In this document: piece by piece, positions 54,925 through 63,015 of the stretch
Numbering within the stretch: the first letter of the stretch is position 1
Layout of the letters: each line of letters begins with the position of its first letter
DNA from: Eubacteriales bacterium
GTDB taxonomy: Bacteria; Bacillota; Clostridia; Oscillospirales; CAG-272
Assembly: GCA_045603205.1 (NCBI GenBank)
Contig: JAZULS010000046.1
Location: forward strand, 3,249 to 67,248
Reading direction: 5' to 3'
Length of the DNA: 64,000 nt
The notes under the pieces: generated by a model
What the model saw: only the letters and a program-made list of their open reading frames with translations
Database searches by the model: none
What the model was told of the DNA's origin: nothing
Position numbers and translations under genes: made by a program

Positions 54925-55175
54925 AAGAAAAAACTCCTGTCCGCACGGGACGAAGAGCCTTCGTTTATTACCACCCGAGCACGTGCCGTTTAAGGCATTA
55001 TGCACTTCCGCTGTAACGGTCGGAATCCGTTCGGACTTTATTCATCCGAAACTCAGGAGTGATACTGCTGTCAGGGCTAACGTCGGACTTTCACCGTCTT
55101 CCGACTCGCTTTGGTGTAGCATTTTAACAGAGCGTGTCTCCATCACCGCTGTTTGGTATAAAAAGCATTCATACA
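54925..55175 (-). promoter_or_regulatory. T-box riboswitch leader (Ile specifier) of ileS
   Basis: The minus-strand read shows stem I elements (GTGATGGAGA; AGCGAGTCGGAAGACGGTGAAAGTCCGACG), a candidate specifier ATC followed by A (GTATCAC), and T-box sequence TCGGGTGGTAATAA (plus-strand 54969-54976 = TACCACCC). A terminator hairpin with TTTTTT follows (plus-strand 54927-54956). Confidence 0.8.
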
Positions 55176-55181
55176 ATGATG

Positions 55182-55211
55182 ATTATACTACAAATAAATA
55201 TAAAATGTCAA
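55182..55211 (-). promoter_or_regulatory. Sigma-A type promoter of the ileS leader (TTGACA-18-TATAAT on the minus strand)
   Basis: On the plus strand, TGTCAA lies at 55206-55211 and ATTATA at 55182-55187. Confidence 0.7.
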
Positions 55212-55258
55212 TATCAATTTAATATATTTTACGCTTAAGGTCAACTTTTCAAAGCCTA

Positions 55259-55288
55259 TTGACGATTTATCGCCTGAGGTGGTATAAT
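55259..55288 (+). promoter_or_regulatory. Sigma-A type promoter (TTGACG-18-TATAAT) of the heterodimeric ABC exporter
   Basis: TTGACG at 55259-55264 and TATAAT at 55283-55288, preceded by TGG. Confidence 0.65.
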
Positions 55289-55340
55289 AATCTAAGTTAA
55301 CATAGATTTTCCTGCCTTTTCGGGCGAAAGAGAGACATAA

Positions 55341-57077
55341 ATGATAAAACTTCTCGGATATATTCGTGCTTATCTAAAAGAAACGATTTTAGCCCCCGCT
55401 TTCAAGCTTCTGGAGGCTCTTTTTGAGCTTTTCGTCCCTCTTGTTGTTGCCGCGATAATTGACGTTGGTATAATAGGCGGAAATACGGGATACATCTGGA
55501 AAATGGCGCTTATCATGCTTCTTCTCAGCTTTGTTGGATTTGCTGCTTCCGTCACAGCACAGTATTTTGCCGCAAAAGCATCTGTAGGCTTTGCCACAAA
55601 TATCAGAAGCGCCCTTTTTTCAAAGATTCAGTCCATGTCCTTCACCGAGCTTGACTCTGCTGGTACGTCAACTCTTATTACCCGTATGACCTCCGACATA
55701 AATCAGGTCCAGTCGGGTATGAACCTCACTCTAAGACTCTTTTTGCGCTCTCCCTTTATAGTTTTCGGCTCTGCCATAATGGCTCTTACCATCAACCCCT
55801 CAGTGTCGCTGATATTTGCCGTAATGATCGCAGTTTTGTCCGTTGTGGTGTTCTATATTATCCTCGGCACAGTACCTCTTCATAAAAATGTGCAGGGTAA
55901 CCTTGACGAGATAACCCGAATTACAAGAGAAAACCTGACAGGTGTCCGTATTCTCCGCGGCTTCTGTATGGAGGATTCCGAATTACAGAGATTTTCTAAG
56001 GCTAACTCCCGTCTTGAAGCTTCACAGAGAGTCGTCGGCAGAATTACGTCTCTCATGAATCCTCTCACCTACCTTCTCGTGAACCTGTCCATAATGGCGC
56101 TTCTGTACAGCGGTGCGGTGAAGATCGACTCCGGTGTTCTCTCTCAGGGTGAGCTTGTAGCACTGTATAACTACATGACTCAGATCCTCGTTGAACTTGT
56201 AAAGCTTGCAAATCTTATTATCACCATCACAAAATCTGTTGCCTGCGGACAGCGTGTTCAGGCTGTTATGGACTCTGGCAGCGGCGAGGCTGTCGGTGGC
56301 GTGGTTCCCACCTCAAAGATCGGTACTCCCGTAATTGAGTTTAGGAACGTGTCATTCAGATATTCAGGTGCCCTTGAAGAATCCCTCAAAAACGTTTCCT
56401 TTGCCGTAAACGAAGGCGAAACTCTCGGCGTCATCGGTGCAACGGGCAGTGGTAAGACCACCCTTGTAAACCTTATCCCCGGATTTTATCCCGCAAGTGA
56501 AGGCGAAGTTTTGGTGGATGGCGTTTCCGTTTGTGATGCCGATATAGACGCTCTCCGGGAAAAGATTGGTGTCGTTATGCAAAATACTACACTTTTCAAG
56601 GGAACAATTAAAGAAAATCTTGACCTTCGCGGAACAGGCGCAACCGACGAAGAGCTTGAATCTGCAATTTTGACTGCCCAGGCAGGTAATATAATCGAAA
56701 GTAAGAGCGGCGGACTTTTGGCTTCCGTTAAACAGTACGGCAGAAACTTCTCCGGTGGTCAAAAACAGCGTCTCACCATAGCCAGAGCCCTTGTGGGAGA
56801 ACCGGAGATACTCATTCTTGATGACTCTTCTTCCGCTCTTGACTATGCAACCGACGCTTCTCTCAGACGTGCGCTCAGCGAGCGGACAAGTACTCGTGCT
56901 ACGGTCATTGTTTCACAGCGAACTTCGTCTATTATGAACGCAGATAAAATAATCGTTCTCGACGACGGCGCTACCGTCGGAATCGGGACTCACGCTGAGC
57001 TTCTCGAAAGCTGTGAGACCTACCGCGAGATACATGAGCTTCAGTTCGGCACAAACGGAGGTGGAAATAATGCGTAA
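55341..57077 (+). CDS. ABC exporter half-transporter, degenerate-site subunit of a heterodimer
   Basis: 578 aa (TMD+NBD) with Walker A GATGSGKTT and signature FSGGQKQR. Walker B is ILILDD (Asp in place of the catalytic Glu) and the switch is VSQRTS (Gln in place of His). Confidence 0.88.
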   Translation: MIKLLGYIRAYLKETILAPAFKLLEALFELFVPLVVAAIIDVGIIGGNTGYIWKMALIMLLLSFVGFAASVTAQYFAAKASVGFATNIRSALFSKIQSMSFTELDSAGTSTLITRMTSDINQVQSGMNLTLRLFLRSPFIVFGSAIMALTINPSVSLIFAVMIAVLSVVVFYIILGTVPLHKNVQGNLDEITRITRENLTGVRILRGFCMEDSELQRFSKANSRLEASQRVVGRITSLMNPLTYLLVNLSIMALLYSGAVKIDSGVLSQGELVALYNYMTQILVELVKLANLIITITKSVACGQRVQAVMDSGSGEAVGGVVPTSKIGTPVIEFRNVSFRYSGALEESLKNVSFAVNEGETLGVIGATGSGKTTLVNLIPGFYPASEGEVLVDGVSVCDADIDALREKIGVVMQNTTLFKGTIKENLDLRGTGATDEELESAILTAQAGNIIESKSGGLLASVKQYGRNFSGGQKQRLTIARALVGEPEILILDDSSSALDYATDASLRRALSERTSTRATVIVSQRTSSIMNADKIIVLDDGATVGIGTHAELLESCETYREIHELQFGTNGGGNNA

Positions 57078-58824
57078 GAATAAAAATTCCGCCACCCTTG
57101 GCAGAGTACTTCAGTATATCAAGCCTCAGCTTCCCATGGTCGTTATCTCTCTTGTGCTTTCCTTCGTTTCCGTAGGACTTATGCTCTACGTTCCAATAAT
57201 TGTCGGCGACGCCGTTGACCTTGCCGTAGGCGCGGGGAATGTAAACTTCGAAAAAATTATTAATCTCCTTATCAACATGGCTGTCGTTATCTGCGTTGTG
57301 GGTATCGTTCAGTGGCTCATCGGTGTTCTTAATAACCGTATGACCTACGCAATTGTAAAAGGGCTTCGCGGCGAGGCTTTTGCAAAGGTGCAGACTCTCA
57401 GTGTATCCTATCTTGACTCACGCGGTCACGGAAAGACTCTCAGCAGAATAATTTCCGACGTTGATACTTTCTCCGACGGTCTGCTTTTAGGCTTTACACA
57501 GCTTTTCACGGGACTTCTTACGATTGTAGCAACTCTCGTGTTCATGCTGATGATCGACTGGAAGATCACTATCATTGTCGTAGTCCTCACACCGGGATCT
57601 TTCCTTATTTCCAAGTTCATCGCAGGTAAGACTTTCAGCCTCTTCAGAGAGCAGGCTCAGGCAAAGGAAGAAGAAACCTCTATCGTTGAGGAAGTTCTTT
57701 CCTCCGAGAAGACCGTCAAGGCTTTCGGTGCGGAAGAAAAAATGATAGAGAAGTTTGAAGTAGCCAACGAAAACCTGAGAAAATCTTCTCTCGGCGCAAT
57801 CTTCTACTCATCCCTCGTAAACCCCTCCACACGATTTCTCAACAGCGGAATCTACGCCGTAGTAGCCCTTGTGGGAGCGCTGTTCTCTGTGAAATACGGG
57901 GTTATCACCGTCGGTGCCTTGACTTGTTTCCTCGGATACGTAAATCAGTACACCAAGCCCTTTAACGAGATCTCCGGTGTCATTACAGAGTTCCAGAACG
58001 CCCTTGCTTGTGCTGACAGAATTTTCGAACTTCTTGATGAACCAAGTGAGGTGGACGTGGAGGAGGGAAATGCATCCGAGTCTGCCTCCGGCGAAGTTGT
58101 TTTCTCTGATGTTTCGTTCTCATACGACAGCGAAAAGCCCTTTATCGAAAACTTAAACTTCACCGCCCCTGCAGGAAAGATGGTGGCTATCGTCGGTCCC
58201 ACCGGATGCGGCAAAACCACTCTCATTAATCTCTTGATGCGTTTTTATGACGTTGACGCAGGAAGAATAACCATCGACGGCGTTGATATCAGAGATATAT
58301 CCCGTCACGAACTGCGAAGCAACTACGGTATGGTGCTTCAGGATACTTGGCTCAGACGAGGCACCGTAGCTGAAAACATCGCAATCGGCAAGCCTGACGC
58401 TACAAGAGATGAGATCATCGCCGCGGCTAAGGCTGTCAGAGCACATTCCTTTATTAAGAGACTTCCTAAGGGATACGACACCGTGATAGGAGATACTTCC
58501 ATCGTCCTCTCCGCAGGTCAGAAACAGCTTATCTCCATCGCCAGAGTTATGCTTGCTATGCCCCCCGTGCTTATCCTTGACGAGGCTACCTCTTCTATCG
58601 ACACACGGACCGAAGCAAGGATTCAGTCTGCCTTCGATAAACTTACGAAGGGAAGGACGAGCTTTGTTGTTGCCCACCGACTTGCTACTATCAAAAATGC
58701 CGATATTATCCTCGTTATGAAGGACGGTAAGATCGTCGAGACGGGTAACCACGATACGCTTATCACCAAAGACGGACTCTACAGCGAGATATATCACAGT
58801 CAGTTCATATCTCAGGAAAACTGA
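57070..58824 (+). CDS. ABC exporter half-transporter, consensus-site subunit of a heterodimer
   Basis: The ORF track gives 57013. ATG 57070 overlaps the upstream stop (ATGCGTAA). It has Walker A GPTGCGKTT, Walker B LILDEATSSID and H-loop VAHRLAT, but an altered signature LSAGQKQL. Confidence 0.88.
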   Translation: MRKNKNSATLGRVLQYIKPQLPMVVISLVLSFVSVGLMLYVPIIVGDAVDLAVGAGNVNFEKIINLLINMAVVICVVGIVQWLIGVLNNRMTYAIVKGLRGEAFAKVQTLSVSYLDSRGHGKTLSRIISDVDTFSDGLLLGFTQLFTGLLTIVATLVFMLMIDWKITIIVVVLTPGSFLISKFIAGKTFSLFREQAQAKEEETSIVEEVLSSEKTVKAFGAEEKMIEKFEVANENLRKSSLGAIFYSSLVNPSTRFLNSGIYAVVALVGALFSVKYGVITVGALTCFLGYVNQYTKPFNEISGVITEFQNALACADRIFELLDEPSEVDVEEGNASESASGEVVFSDVSFSYDSEKPFIENLNFTAPAGKMVAIVGPTGCGKTTLINLLMRFYDVDAGRITIDGVDIRDISRHELRSNYGMVLQDTWLRRGTVAENIAIGKPDATRDEIIAAAKAVRAHSFIKRLPKGYDTVIGDTSIVLSAGQKQLISIARVMLAMPPVLILDEATSSIDTRTEARIQSAFDKLTKGRTSFVVAHRLATIKNADIILVMKDGKIVETGNHDTLITKDGLYSEIYHSQFISQEN

Positions 58825-58941
58825 TGCACTCAAGGCAAAAATATTTATACACATTTATCGAAATATGTATTGAGAAATTTTCGTTTTCGTGTTAAAATTA
58901 TTAGGCAGCTTACTAACGAACAAGATGTAACGGAGAAATAA

Positions 58942-59979
58942 ATGAGTGAGATTTTTGGTGGTCTGATAGGTAACCGTCAGGTTAAAGAGCATATCGGCCG
59001 TGATATAAAAAGCGGAGACTGGTCTCACGCATATATTATCGAGGGTGCCGCGGGAAGCGGAAAGCGGACTGCCGCAGAGCTTATTTCCGCCGCTCTTTCC
59101 TGTGAAAACCGAACAGACGGCGACAAACCACTTCCTTGCGGAGAATGTGACAACTGCAAACGTATCTCGAAGGGAATCTCCGGAGACGTTGTGTGGATAA
59201 CAAACGGTGACTCCGCCTCTATCGGTGTAGGTGCGATCCGAGATCTTAAAAACGGACTCTTGACCTTGCCAAACGACTCCGACGTACGCACATATATCAT
59301 TTATCCTGCAGAAAAGATGACTGAGCAGGCTCAAAACGCACTCCTCCTGTCCCTTGAGGAACCCCCGTCGTTCGTCGTGTTCCTTCTTCTTACAGAGGAT
59401 TCTACAAAGCTTCTTGATACCGTTAGAAGTCGCGCAAAGCTTGTTCGCATGGAGACCTTTGATTCTGAAACCGTTGAAGAATATCTTTCCAAGACGGTGG
59501 AAGGAGCAAGAATAAAGAAGTCTAATCCCGAAAAATTCAAGGTTGCAGTAAAACTTGCGGGAGGATCCCTCGGCAGAGCGGTGGATTTTCTCGGCGAAAG
59601 AAGTGATAGCCTTGAGCTGATCTCCTGCCGAAATTTAGCTGCAGAGCTTGTGGGATACATCGCACGTGGAAGGACCTCCGAGCTTTTGAAGCTTGCTTTT
59701 GGCAAATCAATCAAAAACAGTGCCGAAGCTAAGACCGTTCTCGCTTTTGCCGATTCAGCCGTTCGCGATATGTTGGCTATCAAGAAAAACGAGGAATCTG
59801 AGCTGACTTTCTACACTTCAGTCGAAGCTGCAATGGAGGACGCAGGTTCCGTTCCCGTGAAGAAGCTTTTCTATCTTCATGAAGAGATCTGCCGTGCTAT
59901 TACAAAGCTTGAGACCAACGTTTCGGTAAAGATCGCACTTACAGATCTTGCCTTTAAAATTTCTACCTATAAAAGGTAA
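58942..59979 (+). CDS. holB: DNA polymerase III subunit delta'
   Basis: 345 aa. HAYIIEGAAGSGKRT, the zinc module CGECDNCKRI, and NALL.SLEEPP are typical delta-prime features. Confidence 0.85.
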   Translation: MSEIFGGLIGNRQVKEHIGRDIKSGDWSHAYIIEGAAGSGKRTAAELISAALSCENRTDGDKPLPCGECDNCKRISKGISGDVVWITNGDSASIGVGAIRDLKNGLLTLPNDSDVRTYIIYPAEKMTEQAQNALLLSLEEPPSFVVFLLLTEDSTKLLDTVRSRAKLVRMETFDSETVEEYLSKTVEGARIKKSNPEKFKVAVKLAGGSLGRAVDFLGERSDSLELISCRNLAAELVGYIARGRTSELLKLAFGKSIKNSAEAKTVLAFADSAVRDMLAIKKNEESELTFYTSVEAAMEDAGSVPVKKLFYLHEEICRAITKLETNVSVKIALTDLAFKISTYKR

Positions 59980-60000
59980 ATCCTATTAACGGAGAATACT

Positions 60001-60870
60001 ATGAGTGAAAATAAAAACACCCCCACACCTGAAACTCAGATTGCCGAATCTTATGAGATAGTCGGCGTCAGATTCAAAGAGGCGGGGAAGATATACTATT
60101 TTGATCCCGGAAAGCTGACAGTTGGGGCAGGTCAGTGCGTTATCGTAGAGACCGCCCGCGGACTTGAGTACGGCTTTGTTTCCGAGGGTAATCATACTCT
60201 TCCTTCAAAGGACATCGTCCAGCCCCTCAGACGTGTCGTAAGGATCGCTGACAAAAAGGATACCGAACAGTACGAGCGAAACCTTGAGCTTGGTGCATCA
60301 GCTATGGATATCTGCCGTCAGAAGATAGCTGAGCACAACCTTGAGATGAAGCTTATAGAGGCTGAATACACATTTGATAACACTAAGCTTATGTTCTACT
60401 TTACCGCGGAGTCAAGAGTTGACTTCCGAGAACTTGTAAAGGACCTGGCTTCCGTGTTTAAGACGAGAATTGAGCTTAGACAGGTGGGTATACGTGACGA
60501 AGCGAAGATGTTAGGCGGTATAGGTATCTGTGGCAGACCCTTCTGCTGCTCATCCTTCCTTTCCGACTTCGTTCAGGTATCTATCAAGATGGCAAAGGAA
60601 CAGAACCTTTCTCTCAACTCTACAAAGATCTCCGGTGCTTGCGGCAGACTCATGTGCTGTCTCAGATACGAGCATGAGACCTATGAGAGGGAAATTGCAC
60701 GCACTCCGAAGGTTGGTGCGAAAGTGCAGACGAAGGACGGCGTAGGTGTTGTTTGCGAGACACACGTGCTTACGGGTCTTGTAAAGGTGAAATTCAACGA
60801 AGAAAAGGGAGAGACTATAAAGGTTTACGATAGAGAAAACGTAAAAACTCTTCCCAAAAAAGATAATTAA
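60001..60870 (+). CDS. ricT: PSP1-domain protein (YaaT/RicT, stage 0 sporulation protein)
   Basis: 289 aa with a PSP1 C-terminal domain (MKLIEAEYTFD..KL.FYFTAE.RVDFRELVKDLA..F..RIELRQVG.RD) and a Cys cluster GICGRPFCC...CGRLMCCLRYE. It follows holB, as in Bacillus. Confidence 0.88.
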   Translation: MSENKNTPTPETQIAESYEIVGVRFKEAGKIYYFDPGKLTVGAGQCVIVETARGLEYGFVSEGNHTLPSKDIVQPLRRVVRIADKKDTEQYERNLELGASAMDICRQKIAEHNLEMKLIEAEYTFDNTKLMFYFTAESRVDFRELVKDLASVFKTRIELRQVGIRDEAKMLGGIGICGRPFCCSSFLSDFVQVSIKMAKEQNLSLNSTKISGACGRLMCCLRYEHETYEREIARTPKVGAKVQTKDGVGVVCETHVLTGLVKVKFNEEKGETIKVYDRENVKTLPKKDN

Positions 60871-60952
60871 AGTTATTTTTAAAAAAAGTCTTTATTTTTT
60901 CACATATATGTGTTAAAATAGATGAGAAAATTATAATACGGAGGGAAACAAA

Positions 60953-61123
60953 ATGGCTTACAAGATTTCTGATGCTTGCATCGCTTGCGGTGCTTGTGCT
61001 TCTGAGTGCCCTGTAGAGTGCATCACTGAGCAGGACGGAAAGTACGTTATCAACGCAGACGAGTGCCTCGAGTGCGGCGCTTGCGCAGGCGTATGCCCTG
61101 TTGATGCTCCTGAGGCTGAGTAA
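60953..61123 (+). CDS. fdx: Clostridial-type 2x[4Fe-4S] ferredoxin (56 aa, not in the ORF track)
   Basis: My manual translation is MAYKISDACIACGACASECPVECITEQDGKYVINADECLECGACAGVCPVDAPEAE. It has two CxxCxxCxxxCP motifs, the RBS GGAGGGA 7 nt upstream, and a terminator downstream. Confidence 0.9.
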   Translation: MAYKISDACIACGACASECPVECITEQDGKYVINADECLECGACAGVCPVDAPEAE

Positions 61124-61146
61124 TCATACTATATTTACATAAAGGT

Positions 61147-61176
61147 AAAAGGCGGAGGCAACTTCGCCTTTATCTT
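61147..61176 (+). terminator. Rho-independent terminator after the ferredoxin gene
   Basis: Hairpin AAAGGCG-(10 nt)-CGCCTTT followed by ATCTTT. Confidence 0.65.
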
Positions 61177-61250
61177 TACCTGACGGGACGATAGCTTCGC
61201 CCTGCCAGGTAAGGATAAACTGAAAATCACTACACGAAAGGAGACCTTTT

Positions 61251-62024
61251 ATGAAAAACGAAGCTTTGTTTGATGAAACTTGCGAGAGAATTGATGAGAT
61301 AAACGAAGATCTTTCCTTGATACAACGTAAAAACGGTCTCACTTTCGGTACGGACGCATATTTACTTTCGGCTTTTGCAAAACCTTGCCCCAAAGGAATT
61401 ATGGCGGACCTCGGTTGCGGCACGGGGGTAATCTCTCTCCTTTGTGCGTCCAAAGGGAAGTTTGCCAAGGTGTACGGCGTAGAGCTACAGGATAAGTTTG
61501 TCAGCCTTTCAAGACGAAACGTCGCCCTCAACGGACTATGCGATAAGGTCGAGATAATAGGGAAGAATGTTAGTGAACTGAAAAGCCATGACCTTGGCTG
61601 TGAAGTCGATGCTGTACTTATGAATCCGCCTTACATGAAGTCGGACAGCGGTAAAAATAACGAATATGACGAAAAAAATATCGCAAGGCGTGAGGTCTGC
61701 GGCACGATCTACGATTTTTGCGCCGCGGCAGGACGGATCCTTAAATTCGGTGGCGGACTTTACGTTGTACATAGACCGGAAAGGCTTGTTGATCTCACCG
61801 ATGCCATGAGAAAGTCAGGGGTTGAGCCTAAGAAGATCGTCTTCGTTTACGCGGATATTACGAAGGAGCCCTCCCTCGTCCTCGTAGAAGGAAAAAAAGG
61901 TGCCGCCTCCGGGGTGATCATCACAAGACCTCTTATTATCTATAAAAACGGTTCTCGTGAATACACCGACGATATGGAGAAGATATATTCCGATTTTACG
62001 CTCACTCATATCACAGAGCGATAA
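61251..62024 (+). CDS. tRNA1(Val) (adenine37-N6)-methyltransferase (YabB/TrmN6 family)
   Basis: 257 aa with SAM motif DLGCGTGVISL and catalytic NPPY. It lies next to rsmI, as in the B. subtilis yabB-yabC arrangement. Confidence 0.8.
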   Translation: MKNEALFDETCERIDEINEDLSLIQRKNGLTFGTDAYLLSAFAKPCPKGIMADLGCGTGVISLLCASKGKFAKVYGVELQDKFVSLSRRNVALNGLCDKVEIIGKNVSELKSHDLGCEVDAVLMNPPYMKSDSGKNNEYDEKNIARREVCGTIYDFCAAAGRILKFGGGLYVVHRPERLVDLTDAMRKSGVEPKKIVFVYADITKEPSLVLVEGKKGAASGVIITRPLIIYKNGSREYTDDMEKIYSDFTLTHITER

Positions 62025-62908
62025 TGGAGAAAATTATGAGTCTATCTAAAAATCATACGGAATTCCGTGAAAAGAACGAAATTTTGGGCGGAACCCTTTA
62101 TCTTGTCGCTACTCCCATCGGAAACCTTGCTGATATTTCAGAGAGAGCGCTGAAAGTTCTCTCCGAAGTTGATTTTGTAGCTGCTGAGGATACTCGCAAC
62201 ACTGGACTTCTACTTTCCCGCTTTGGAATTTCCAAGAGCATGGTCAGCTATTTCGAACACAACAAAAGAGAGAGGGGAGAGATGATCGTCGCCCGTATCG
62301 AAGCAGGCGAGTCTTGCGCTCTGGTGACCGATGCAGGCACTCCCGCCATCAGCGACCCCGGCGAAGACATCGTAAAGCTTTGCGCAGAACGAGGCGTACC
62401 CGTAGTTTCTGTCCCCGGTCCCTGCGCGGCGATAGTTGCTCTCACTCTGTCGGCTCTGTCCACGGGAAGATTCGTTTTCGAGGGATTTATCACTACCTCA
62501 AAGTCCGAGCGCCGCGAGAGACTTGCTGAACTTTCCAAAGAAAAACGTACTGTGATTATCTACGAAGCCCCCCATAAGCTAAAGAGTACGCTTGATGATC
62601 TGCTTGAACACTTCGGCGACCGCAAAATTACCCTTTGCAGAGAGCTTACCAAGCTTAATGAGGAGGCAATTAGAACGACAATTCCCGCGGCTGTTGAGTA
62701 TTACACGGAAAACGCACCGAGAGGCGAGTACGTTCTCGTTATCGAAGGTGCTCCCGAATCAAAGTCGGACTCATATCCCGAAGACGTAACCGTACACGTA
62801 AATATGTTGATAGATGGCGGACTTGACAGAATGAGCGCGATGAAAGCCGCCGCAAAACAGAGAGGCGTTTCCAAGAGCGACATCTATAAGCTTTACGTTT
62901 CCGAATAA
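62024..62908 (+). CDS. rsmI: 16S rRNA (cytidine1402-2'-O)-methyltransferase RsmI
   Basis: 294 aa. GTLYLVATPIGNL.DIS.RAL..L..VD.VAAEDTR and LVTDAGTPAISDPG are RsmI signatures. Confidence 0.92.
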   Translation: MEKIMSLSKNHTEFREKNEILGGTLYLVATPIGNLADISERALKVLSEVDFVAAEDTRNTGLLLSRFGISKSMVSYFEHNKRERGEMIVARIEAGESCALVTDAGTPAISDPGEDIVKLCAERGVPVVSVPGPCAAIVALTLSALSTGRFVFEGFITTSKSERRERLAELSKEKRTVIIYEAPHKLKSTLDDLLEHFGDRKITLCRELTKLNEEAIRTTIPAAVEYYTENAPRGEYVLVIEGAPESKSDSYPEDVTVHVNMLIDGGLDRMSAMKAAAKQRGVSKSDIYKLYVSE

Positions 62909-63015
62909 AAATTCCCCCGCAAAATATAGCTAAACAGCAGATTTTATATTGTAAATACAGTTAAATTCTGTTATAATTTAATGAGGATCAATTACTAAAT
63001 AAGGAGGCGGTTAAA

